From assembly GCF_044704955.1 (NCBI RefSeq), contig NC_091992.1:14198001-14262000 (forward strand): a stretch of 64,000 bases of DNA, read 5' to 3'. The first letter of the stretch is position 1. The number at the start of each line of letters is the position of its first letter. Positions 37,258-48,651 of this stretch are shown piece after piece. This stretch comes from Pristiophorus japonicus (taxonomy: Eukaryota). The translations under genes and the position numbers were made by a program. Under the pieces are notes generated by a model. That model was not told where the DNA came from, ran no database searches, and was given only the letters and a program-made list of their open reading frames with translations.

Positions 37258-37769
37258 AAAGTCGAAGAGCTGACAGAGTTGGCTGTAAATAACGCGGCAA
37301 TACAGCTGGCCCGAGATTTTCCCAGTGTGGGGAGATAGAAAGGGATGGGGCAGGTTCTGGCTCTTGCCCAGCATAATTTTATATATTTAACAATTATTTG
37401 GGGTAGTCAAATATTACTGTAGTCCTTAAAAGGACCTTGCTCGGGGCAACTTGACTTCTTCACCACTTGTTTACTGCACAGCCCTGATTACATACAATAC
37501 ATTAATAATGGGTAAACACAAATGACAATTCCAATTGGCTGATAATGGCCTACAAAATGTCCAGTCAACTTGTTTCTTTCAGTCACAAAAAAAGATTACA
37601 AGGAAACTGCGAAACAAAGTTTCATTTTAAAGAAAAAAATCAGAACTATAGCCTCATAATCTAACTGTACCATGAACTGTGTGCGCATTTACCTACTAGC
37701 TTCCCCTTGTCCTTAAACACTTTAGTCCGGTCAATTAAACTCCACATTACCATCTATTTCTACACCATG

Positions 37770-38145
37770 AAACTCATCATTCTCATGTTCAAATCCCTCA
37801 ATGAACTTGCTCCTCCCCATCTCTGTAAACTCCTACAACCCTCCGAGAACTCTGTTTATACCACTCTGACCTGTTTCGCATCCCCCCACTTCCTTTGCCC
37901 CACCACTGGTGGCCGTGCCTTCTGCCCTCTAGGCCTCAAGCTGTGGAATTCCATCCCTAAACACCTCTACCTCTCCCCCCTCCTTTAAGACGCTCCTTAA
38001 AACCTACCTCTTTGACCAAGTGTTTGGTCAGCTGCCCTAATGTCTCCTTTGGCACGGTGTCAATTTTTGTCTGTTTACACTCCTGTGAAGCACCTTGGGA
38101 CATTTTATTACGTTAAAGGTGCTATATAAATGCAAGTTGTTGTTG
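37770..38145 (+). mobile_element. L2 3' fragment
   Basis: GGRAF..KLWNSIP and tail gctatataaatgcaagttgttgttg. Confidence 0.8.
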
Positions 38146-38785
38146 AAACTTGTTAGGATTTCTTTACAGATGGTTGCAAAAATTAGATTTTAAAAAAAAT
38201 AAAAAATAAATATATTTAATTCTAAATTGGAGAAGCCAAGAAAAGTGGCTCAGTTTGCTGTAACCCCTCCAAGCCATTCAGACTGAAGGAAGCAAAAGAA
38301 AGTTAGGCTGGTGGAAGTCACAACCAAACCTGCTGTTGGCACTTCTGAGCGATTAGTTTGAGAGCCAGAGACCGAGGAATGACCATCCATCAGAATGATG
38401 TAGCAATCGTAAAATGGATGAGATTTTGATTTATATATATTTTTTTTAAATACAACCAGCCATACACCTTGCACGTTTGCATTCTTTAGCCTTGCCGGTG
38501 TGCGAGAGTACCTTAGGCTGATGCAGCTTGTGTAGACCAAGTTCCTTATTGTTTGTATATGGCTTAAGTCACAAATGAACAGTTTAGCTTACTTACTCAT
38601 CTCCTTAGTTGAGCAATAGCATTACAATATATAAAATACATGATGGACATTTAATACTAAAATAATAGTAACAGCAGAAAGATGGCTTCATTTAATGGTA
38701 CTATTAACGATGGCTTCATGCAAGTCATTGCAATATTGCTCAATTCTCGCTTTGTATTGGTAAAAGATACAAGATTTCTACCAAC

Positions 38786-38889
38786 CTTTCCAGCTGCATT
38801 TTCTTTTCAGCTATTAAAGCTTGGAGCTGCTGTTGTTGTGCTTCTCTTTGTTTAGCAACTGATTTCAGAAGATTTCTAGCACCTATGGC
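38786..38889 (-). CDS. IFT20: IFT20 coding exon 3 (104 nt)
   Basis: [35 protein letters not shown]; acceptor cttcag, donor gttggt. Confidence 0.96.
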
Positions 38890-39447
38890 CTGAAGATAGC
38901 AACAGAATTAATCTTTTGTTCTATGAAACTTTTAATAATCCCCAGAGCCAGTTACTTTCTCTCGCTGTAGTAGATTCCCCCATGATGGGCAGCATTTTTA
39001 TTCCCCAACCACATAGTACAGGTTTCTCTAAAATCGTGGTCTAGTGTGCAAACAAGTGGGTCAATTCCATAACTCGTCATTTAGAAGAATTTTACACCCC
39101 AAGACAACAAGGTGGACTTTACCCGTTAGTTATTTATTACAGAGCAAACTATTTTGTAATCAACCTCCATAGGTAATTACTACAATCCACGTTATCTCAA
39201 AAACACCACTTGATCCCAGTTCCTTCATTTTCTGTTTGGGGAATGCATCATACACGGCTCGTACATTCCTACACCGGATCAAACTACCATACGGTGTCAT
39301 TCCTGCTGTCAGACCGTTCAAAGGTTCATAAAGATGAAACGTAACCATTTGACGTAGTAAAGAGAAGTTGATAGCACCACCATTTCCCTTAGTGTTAAAG
39401 TACCTACGACACACAAAATGTCAGTATTGTATCGAGAGGAACATTAC

Positions 39448-39533
39448 CTTCATCTTTTCGTTCTCAGCTTCTTTAGCAAGCTGATCGACTAGTTCAATTA
39501 AACCACCAACAATTTTCTGGAACTGGCCTATTT
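39448..39533 (-). CDS. IFT20: IFT20 coding exon 2 (86 nt)
   Basis: [28 protein letters not shown]; acceptor ctttcag, donor gtaatg. Confidence 0.96.
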
Positions 39534-39594
39534 CTGAAAGAAAAGATTTTAAAAATTGTGAAATTACACATCATAACCACACCAGAAGATAATT

Positions 39595-40598
39595 GGCTCA
39601 GTGCTGGGACCCCAGCTCTTTACAATATACATTAACAATTTAGATGAAGAAATTGAGTGTAATATTTCCAAGTTTGCAGATGACACTAAATTGGTGGCGG
39701 TGTGAGCTGTGAGGTCAACGCTAAGAGGCTGCAGGGTGACTTGGACAGGTTAGGTGAGTGGGAAAATGCATGGCAGATGCAGTATAATGTGGATAAATGT
39801 GAGGTTATACATTTTGGGGGCAAAAACACGAAGGCAGAATATTATCTGAATGGCGGCAGATTAGAAAAAGAGGTGCAACGAGACCTGGGTGTCATGGTTC
39901 ATCAGTCACTGAAAGTGGGCATGCAGGTACATCAGGTGGTGGAGAAGGCAAATGGTATGTTGGCCTTCATAGCTAGGGGATTTGAGTATAGGAGCAGGGA
40001 GTTCTTACTGCAGTTGTACAGGGCCTTGGTGAGGCCTCATCTGGAATATTGTGTTCAGTTTTGGTCTCCTAATCTGAGGAAGGACGTTCTTGCTATTGAG
40101 GGAGTGCAGTGAAGGTTCACCAGACTGATTCCAGGGATGGCTGGGACTGACATATGAGGAGAGATTGGATCAACTGGGCCTTTATTCACTGGAGTTTAGA
40201 AGGATGAGAGGGGATCTTATAGAAACGTATAAAATTCTGACGGGACTGGACAGGTTAGATGCGGGAAGAATGTTCGCGATGTTAGGGAAGTCCAGAACCA
40301 GGGTACATAGTCTTAGGATAAGGGGTAGGCCATTTAGGACTGAGATGAGGAGAAACTTCTTCACTCAGAGAGTTGTTAACTTGTGGAATTCCCTGCCGCA
40401 GAGAGTTGTTGATGCCAGTTCATTGGATATATTCAAGAGGGAGTTAGATATGGTCTTACGGCTAAGGGGATCAAGGGGTATGGAGAGAAAGCAGGAAAGG
40501 GGTACTGAGGGAATGATCAGCCATGATCTTATTGAATGGCGGTGCAGGCTCGAAGGGCCGAATGGCCTACTCCTGCATCTATTTTCTGTGTTTCTATG
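39595..40598 (+). mobile_element. CR1 LINE 3' ~1 kb
   Basis: KFADDTK, WQMQYNVDKCEVIHFG, LVRPHLEYCVQFWSP, RRNFFTQR and tail. Confidence 0.92.
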
Positions 40599-41282
40599 AC
40601 ACGCTAATACGTGACTTGTTCGTCAACCGCTAGAATCTGAATGAGTGAGAATTCAACTTTTGCTTCAACAAGGTAAGCCTCTTGATATTGTCTAAAAAGT
40701 GCACCTAACCTCCCACCCTCCATGAGACATCCACTATCCAAGTCTAACACCACTCGCGAGTCCCACCCATTGAATTGTTATCCTTGTTCCTTTACATTGT
40801 CTTGGCCCAGCTATACTGGCCAAATCTCTGGATACCATGTTGTGTCCAAATTATGCTGCACCTGCAATGCATGATGACTAGGTTTTACACAATGGTCTCA
40901 TCAATTTTTTTTTTAAGTTGGAATCAAAGATGACAATAATCGAGTGCAAGACTACCATCTAATGCAGTCTCACTCACTGCAATGAAAGCAAGACTGTGCT
41001 GCCACTCTATAATCCAAATGTGTCGTATTTACCAACATAGCAACATGAATCTTGCACTAAACCTGGAGTATAATGGTACTCAATTCATCATGCATCTTTT
41101 TCAGCACAATGTTCTTACCTGAAACTATTTCAAGATTTTTAAATAAGGTTTATTGTTTAATGCTCTCCAATAATTGATACCCTGGTACAGAATTCATGAT
41201 GAGTTACAACAGGAAAAAAAATACACTTTGTCATCAGTAAGGCATCCTGAAAAATCCAAATTCAGCTGCTGGAAGGTTTTGG

Positions 41283-42506
41283 AAACATAAAAATTTACAG
41301 CGCAAAAGGAGGCCATTTCAGCCCATCATGTCCACGCCGGCCAATAAAGAGCCGCACGGCCCTCGGTCATGACACCACTGTTCCTAATTCTTATGTTCTT
41401 ATGGTCAGCAGCCCTGAAGGTTACATATAAACCAATGAACAATGGCGGAAAGGCAAAGAGCACCCAGCCCAACCAGTCCGCCTCAAACTGCAACACTTTA
41501 CACAGAAACATTCTACACTCCATCCCAACCGGAGCCATGGGATCTTCTGGGAGAGGCAAAAGCTAGATAAAAGCCCAGGCCAATTGGGCGTAAAGAAGCC
41601 CCCCCCAAATCCCCTCTAATCCTTCCACCAACCACCTTAAAACTATGCCCCCTTGTAATAGACCTCTCAACCAATGGAAATAGGCCCTGACTATCCTCTA
41701 TGTCCAGACCCCTCAATATTTTGTACACCTCAATGAGAACAAACCCAGCCTATCTAATCTGTCCTCATAACTAAGATTCTCCATTCCAGGCAGCATCCTA
41801 GTAAATCTCTTCTGCATCCTCTCTAGTGCAATCACATTCTTCCTATAGTATGGCGACCAGAATGCACGCAGTGCTCCAGCTGTGGCCTAACCAAAGTATT
41901 GTACAATTTAAGCATAACCTCCCTGCTCTTATATTCTATGCCTCGGCCAATAAAGGCAAGCATTCTGTATGCCTTCTTAACCACCTTATCCACCTGGCCT
42001 GCAACTTTCAGGGTTCTGTGGACAATCACTCCAAGGTCCCTTTGTTCATCTACACTAGTAAGTGGCCTACCGCTTAATATGTATACCCTTTCCTTATTAG
42101 CCCTCCCAAAGTGCATTAACTCACACTTTTCTGAATTAAATTCCATTTGCCTCTGCTCTGCCCACCTGACCAGTAGATTGATATCCTCCTGCAGCCCACG
42201 ACTTTCCTCTTCATTATCAACCACACAGCCAATTTTAGTGTCGTCTGTAAACTTCTTAATCATACTCCCTATATGCAAATCTAAATCGTTAATATATACT
42301 ACAAAAAGCAAGGGACGCTGTCCTGAGCCATGCGGAACCGCACTGGAAACATCCTTCCAGTCACAAAAACATCCATCAACCATTACCCTTTGCTTCCTGC
42401 CTCCAAGCCAATTTTGGATCCAACTTGGCACTTTGCCCTGGATCCCATGGGCTTTAACCTTCGTGACCAATCTACCATGTGGGACCTTATCAAAAGTGTT
42501 CCTGAA
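41283..42506 (-). mobile_element. Composite CR1: RT region (41589-42506) joined to a different 3' segment (41283-41588)
   Basis: KFTDDTKIG, MEFNSEKCELMHFG, LVRPQLEHCV; ORF2 homology stops abruptly at ~41589. Confidence 0.8.
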
Positions 42507-43439
42507 AGTTTGATTTATGGTTTATAAATTCTCGTCAGCCAATTTCAAAAGGATGTTTGTTTTTCAGCTCTGTTGGGAAATGAAGCGAGCCTCACAGAAA
42601 TATTTCTCTTGGGGCCGGAGTATCAGCCGCAAATGAGAGAAGAGGTTTTCACCATACCTGTCTAGACTGCCTCTGAGCGCAGGCAAAACAATCAAACATC
42701 CTTCCCGTGTTTCACTCCCATCACAGGTGGGAGCAAAACACAGAACGGATGTGGTTTGATTGTCAGAGAGTTTGTGCCGTTGGTCTTAATGTTAACATTA
42801 AATAATGCAGAAAACCTCATTTGGGTTACCAATTCACACAATGTCTTTTTCCTAATACAGGAAGAGCACTGTTTAAAGCATACCATTTTTTAATGATTAA
42901 AAAGTTAATTCTAACACTGGAAGCAAGTAACACTTTACAGAAGAGCATTTCCAACACTATATACAAAGCCTCCTCTGCTGGTCTACATTTTACATTCGAT
43001 CCGACTGTTCCCCGTCATTAATTAAAATGTACTTTTTACACAGTAAGCTATTCTTCAATTGTGTCATAGACCACAGACAGTATTTCAAGCTCAGATTGAC
43101 AAACTCTCATCATAGTTGCCTGTTTTTCTAGTTAATCTAATTATAGTTAACCTCTGAATATTTGTATTATTTGGCATTTGTTCAATCGTTAATGCAGCAT
43201 CTATCCTCTCACTGTTTTGAACCCATTCAATAAAGCTGACATTTTAGATGTTGCAAAAACATGTCAAGTTTAGATCCAGGCCTGATTCTATTTGTTTTAC
43301 AGGGGACAGCATTATCTTGGACAAGTAGTTACAAAAGCCGATATTTGCTTTTATAAGTTTGTGAGGGAATCAGTGCTGGAAACATTTTTATTAATTGGAA
43401 GTCACTGGATCAACATCCTTGGTGAGACTGAATCAGAGG

Positions 43440-44034
43440 AAAGGGTCTCCTAGTCGGCCTGCCAACCTTTACCCAATACAAACTCCAACTCATTAGAACC
43501 TCACCAGCCATGTGCTATTCCATACAAAGTCCTGCTCATCAATCACCCTGACCTCACCAATCTCCAATGGCCCCCTGTTTGCAATGTATTGATTTCAAAA
43601 TCTTTAACCTCATTTAAAAAGCTCTCCATGGCCTCACTCCACCCTACCTCGGTAACCTTCCCAACTCACGCACTCCACTCTTCCAACTTGGACCCACTGT
43701 GCATCCCCCTTCCCTCCACTCCAGAATTCTCTTCCATAATTTAACAACCCTCCAAGAACTCTGCGTTCCTCCAACTGTGGCTTTGTGTGCACATACCACT
43801 CTTTGCCCACCACTGGCGAATATGCCTTCAGGCATCTAGGCCTTTAATCTCAGGAATTGTCTCGCTAAACCTCTCCACATCTCTTGTACTCCTTTAAGAC
43901 CCTCCTTAAAACCTACCCCTTTGACCAAGCTTTTAGTAACCCCTCCAAGCATCTGCTTCTTTGGCTCAGTGGCAATTTTTGTCTGAAGACACTTCTGTGA
44001 AGTGCCTTAGAATGTTTACTATGTTAAAGGGCTA
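43440..44034 (+). mobile_element. Old L2 3' fragment
   Basis: ctccaatggccccctgt..tcaaaatc, ctccatggcctc, aaaacctacccctttgaccaagc. Confidence 0.7.
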
Positions 44035-45036
44035 TCACTCCTACTGATTGAGGTTTGGCAGCTAATATTTTATAAGAGAGTGCAAATTCCATTCTAAGTT
44101 TCACGTAACACTGATGCTGCAGTCAGTTGAGTGGGGACTGAGGAGAGGAGTCCTTACTTTTGGTTTAGAAGACTCCACACATTATAGAATCATAGAATGG
44201 TTACAGCACGGAAGGCGGCCATTTGGCCCGTCGAGCCCGTGCTGGCTCTCTGGAAGGACACTTCAGCTAGTCCCACTACCTCGCCTTTTCCCCGTAAATC
44301 TCCTGATTTACCATATAGACAGTCTGCAGACACCATTCTTGGTGAGCCAATGGCTATGGTAGTTAGAGCACAGAAGGAGACCATTCAGCCCATCATGTCT
44401 ATGCCAACTCTTTGTTCAAGCAGTTTAAAACTATTCCCACTGCTTTGCTCTCTCCAAAGTTTTGCATTCACAAGATAATTACGGATAAGCAAAACCATTC
44501 AGCACCCTTATTCCATCCACCCAGAAAGACTCTACAGTCCCCTCATTGCAGCATCTAGTTGTTTCTTAAATGATCCCAAGCTGTTTCCCCTACTCTAGCA
44601 TTGATCATTGTACTGAATGTGAAGAACTTCCTAAATTTATCTTTGATCCTGTGTTTTTGTACTACTGTCCTAAATTAATTTAAATATTCTAGATATACCT
44701 TTTTCATTCTCTTAACTACCATATAACTCAATATCATCTCACAGACTCTGAAAAGTCCAGGATTTCCTCATGAAGTCCCAGACTTTTGACACCAGGTCTT
44801 GTGGCCCTTTGCATTGCCTCCAGCACTTGAATGTCTCAGTGACCAGAAGTGGAAGCAGCACAGAAGATGGGAACTGAGCAGAGTTCACCAGACCGGCATC
44901 CAACTTTATTTTGAAAGCCCCTTTTGGGTGCACCCCTACCACTCTGAAAAATTGTTTCAGACATTCATCACTCTTTGCAAGAAGAATTTCTTTTGGTATC
45001 TACTCCATTAGTGCCCAGAGCAGTTTATACTTCTAG

Positions 45037-45626
45037 GTATCAACCGTGGCTCAATGGGCAGCACTCCTGTCTCCAAGTCAGAAAGTTTGTGGTTCAAGTC
45101 CCACTCCAGAAACTTGGAACACATCATCTCGACTGACACTCCAGCGCAGCGGAGTGCTGACTGTCAGAGCAAGAATGACTTGCATTTATATAGCACCTTT
45201 CACAACTACCAGACATCCCAAAACGTTGTATCGCCAATGAAGTATTTTTGAAGTGTGGTCACTTGGAAATGCAGCAGCCAATTTGCGCACAGCAAGCTCC
45301 CACAATCAGCAATGTGACAATGACCAGATAATGTGTTTTGGTGATGTTAGTTGAGGGATAAATATTGGCCAGGACACCAGGGCTAACTCCCCCTGCTGTA
45401 TTTCAAAATAATGCCGATGTCCACCGGAGAGAATAATTTAATATCTCATCTGAAAGACGCCACCTCTGACCGTGCAGCACTCCCTCGGCACTGCACTGGG
45501 ACTGTCAGCCTGGATTTCTAAGCTCAAGTTTCTGGAGTGGGACTTGAAGCCACAACCTTCTGACCACTGAGCCACAGCTGACGTCTTTCGGATGAGATGT
45601 TACACTATATAAATGCAAGTCTTTCT
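45037..45626. mobile_element. Minus-strand Deu-SINE (~45170-45581) nested inside a plus-strand, internally deleted Deu-SINE
   Basis: Plus head at 45037-45169, a full minus copy, then plus gtctttcggatgagatgtta..ctatataaatgcaagtctttct. Confidence 0.75.
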
Positions 45627-45676
45627 GACACCCCCAGCCCATATGGTGACCAACCTCCCTACCTCCCCGGACCTAC

Positions 45677-45803
45677 TTTCGACAAAGTCCTTGCACTCCT
45701 CTTTCAGCTCGGTTGTATTTTGTGCCACCTCCGGATCCAAGACCCTGAGTTTGCTGAGCTCGTCAAAGTGCAGGCCGGCCTCCCCCAGCGCCTCCATTGC
45801 CAT
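45677..45803 (-). CDS. IFT20: IFT20 (intraflagellar transport 20) coding exon 1 (127 nt)
   Basis: [42 protein letters not shown]; donor gtaggt, phase 1. Confidence 0.96.
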
Positions 45804-45862
45804 CAGACCGAGCTGACTCCTCACCCCCGCTCTCTCCTCTCCTCTCCTCTCCTCCTCCCTCC

Positions 45863-46170
45863 GGCAACCGCTGCCACGGCGACCGAGCCCCAGACACCAC
45901 GTACGGCGTCGGCGTCAGTGTCACACATGAGCGCATGCGCCGCTGGAACTGTCAATCATTTAGCGCACGGGGGGGGGGGGGGGCGGGGTTAGAGCCCGGG
46001 CGCCTCGACTGCGCATGCCCGACTGGAACCGTTAATCACTCCGCGCACGGGGGGCGGGGTTAGAGGCCAAACGCCACGGACTGCGCATGCCCGACTGGAA
46101 CTGTCAATCACTCCACGCACGGGGGGGGGCGGAGTTAGAAGCCGGGCGCCTCGCACTGCGCATGCTCAGT
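45863..46170 (-). promoter_or_regulatory. IFT20 CpG-island promoter with RFX X-box and a triplicated ~75-bp module
   Basis: GTCGCCGTGGCAGC (minus, 45870-83); GCGCATGC at 45931, 46011, 46083 and 46158; TGATTGACAG (minus) at 45949 and 46101; GC boxes. Confidence 0.8.
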
Positions 46171-46821
46171 ACCTTACATGTAATATAACCTGTAAAAATT
46201 ATGTGTATTGACCCAATGCAAGTGCAGACAAGCAAAGGCTGTGTCATCGCATCTATGTTCTTCTCAATCTTCCTCGCTGCAATGCTTCATCTCACCCTTA
46301 ACGAGCTCTCCGCTGGAGTGGAGTTAATCTGCAGGACAAGCGGGAAATTGTTCAACCTTCTACGCCTCCAGTCTAGATCCAACGTTGCTCCAACCTCTGT
46401 CATTGCATTACAATATACAGACGGCGCTTGCATTTATGCACACTCGGAGTCCAAACTCCAAACCATCGTTGACACCTTCACTGAAGCGTATGAGAGTCTG
46501 GGCCTTACATTAAACATCAGTAAGACAAAGGTCCTCTACCAACCTGCCCCCACCACACAGCACTGCTCCCCGGTTACAAAAGCTCCACGATGAGACCTTG
46601 GAAAATGTGGACCACTTCCCATACCTTGGGAGCCTACTATCAGCAAGGGCAGACATCGATGACTAAGTCCAACACCAATTTCTGTGCGCCAGTGCAGCCT
46701 TCGGCCATCTGAGGAAGAGAGTGTTCGAACACCAGGATCTCAAATCCGGCACCAAGTTCATGGGTTACAGAACAATAGTGATACGCCCTCCTATATGATT
46801 CAGAGCCATGAATTATGTACA

Positions 46822-48337
46822 TCATCATCATAGGCAGTCCCTCGTAATTAAGGAAGACTTGCTTCCACTCCTAAAGTGAGTCCTTTGGTGGGACAGACAT
46901 TCGTTGGGGAAGGGGGGGGTGGGACTGATTTGCCACATGCTCCTTCCGCTGCCTGGCAGTGTGGGCTGTGGGGGGGACGCTAGGGGGCTGCAGGGTGGCT
47001 TGGACAGGTTGGGTGAATGGGCAGATGCGTGGCAGATGCAGTGTAGTGTGGATGGGTGTGAGGTTATCCACTTTGGGGGCAAAAACACGGAGGCAGAATA
47101 TTATCTGAATGGCGGCAGATTGGGGGGGGGTGGTGCAGCGAGACAAGGGTGTCGTGGGGCATCAGTCATTGGGGATTGAAGAAGGCAAATGGTATGTTGG
47201 CCTTCATAGCTAGGGGAGGGATTTGAGTATAGGAGCAGGGAGGTCTTACTGCAGTTGTACAGGTCCTTAGTGAGGCCTCACCTGGAATATTGTGTTCATT
47301 TTTAGTCTCCTAATCTGAGGAAGGATGTTCTTGCTATTGAGGGAGTGCAGCGAAGGTTCACCAGACTGATTCCCGGGATGGCAGGACTGACATATGAGGA
47401 GAGACTGGATCAACTGGGCCTGTATTCACTGGAGTTTAGAAGGATGAGAGGGGATCTTATAGAAACGTATAAAATTCTGACGGGACTGGACAGGTTAGAT
47501 GCAGGAAGAATGTTCCTGATGTTGGGGAAGTCCAGAACCAGGGGACATAATCTAAGGATAAGGGGTAAGCCATTTAGGACTGAGATGAGGAGAAACTTCT
47601 TCACTCAGTGAGTTGTTAACCTGTGGAATTCCCTACCGCAGAGAGTTGTTGATGCCAGTTCATTGGATATATTCAAGAGGGAGTTAGATATGGCCCTTAC
47701 GGCTAAAGGGATCAAGGGGTATGGAGAGAAAGCAGGAAAGGGGTACTGAGGCGAATGATCAGCCATGATCTTATTGAATGGTGATGCAGGCTCGAAGGGC
47801 CGAATGGCCTACTCCTGCACCTATTTTCTATGTTTCTATGCCTGCGCCTGACCTCTTCATGCTTGTGGCGTTGAGATTCGAAGAGCTCAACGCCCTCCCA
47901 GATGCACTGTCTCCACCTAGGGCGGTCTTCGGCCAGGGACTCTCAGGTGTCAGTGGTGATGTCGCAATTTACCAGGGAGGCTTTGAGGGTGACCTTGTAA
48001 CATTGTCGCTGCCCACCTTTGGCTCGTTTGCCGTGAAGGAGCTCTGCATAGAGCAATTGCTTAGGGAGCCTCATGTCTGGCATGCGAACAATGTGGCCTG
48101 TCCAGCGAAGCTGATCGAGTGTGGTCAGTGCTTCAATGCTGGGGATGTTAGCCTGGGCAAGGACACTGATGTTGGTGCACCTGTCCTCCCAGGAAATTTG
48201 CAGGATCTTGCGGAGATATTGTTGGTGATATATCTCCAGCGACTTGAGGTGTCTTCTGTACATCATCCATGCCTCTGATCCATACAGGAGGGCGGGTATT
48301 ACTACAGCCCTGTAGACCATGAGCTTGGTGGTAGATT
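46822..48337 (-). mobile_element. Younger RTE LINE inserted antisense into the older RTE, itself split by CR1
   Basis: (tca)n tail at 46822; TSD tgtaca (46816-21 / 48338-43); KSTTKLMVYRAVVIPALLYGSE. Confidence 0.85.
46956..47838 (+). mobile_element. CR1 3' fragment with an A->G hypermutated 5' portion
   Basis: TSD tgcctg (46950-55 / 47839-44); colinear with 39700-40598. Confidence 0.9.
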
Positions 48338-48561
48338 TGTACAGTAGGCACCTCAAAGCACTGGAGAAGTACCACCAAAGCTGCGTCCACAAAATCCTGA
48401 AAATTCATTGACAGAATAGGTGCACCAACATCAGCGCTCTCTTTCAGGCCAACATCCCCAGCATGCCAACATTGACCATGCTCGATCAGCTCTGGTGGGC
48501 GGGCCCCATGTCCGCATGCCCGATGCTAGACTTCCGAAACAAGCACCCTACTTCGAGCTAC

Positions 48562-48651
48562 ATCGGATCAGTCATGATCAGATTAAATGGCGGAGCAGGC
48601 TCGAGAGGCCGTATGGCCTACTCCTGCTCCTATTTCTTTTGTTCTTATGTT
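48562..48651 (+). mobile_element. 90-bp CR1 tail insertion in the RTE
   Basis: Flanked by ctac/ctac; ggcggagcaggctcgagaggccg..ttcttatgtt. Confidence 0.7.

Noticed and set aside
39702-39916. APOBEC G->A editing of this copy as the explanation for the A/G mismatch with 46961-47175
   Set aside because: This copy keeps the canonical CR1 protein motif, largely shared with a third copy, so A is ancestral and the other copy is the altered one.
41119-41181. Possible 63-nt alternative IFT20 exon (AG..GTAAGA on minus)
   Set aside because: Weak polypyrimidine tract, an in-frame TAA, and no homology support.
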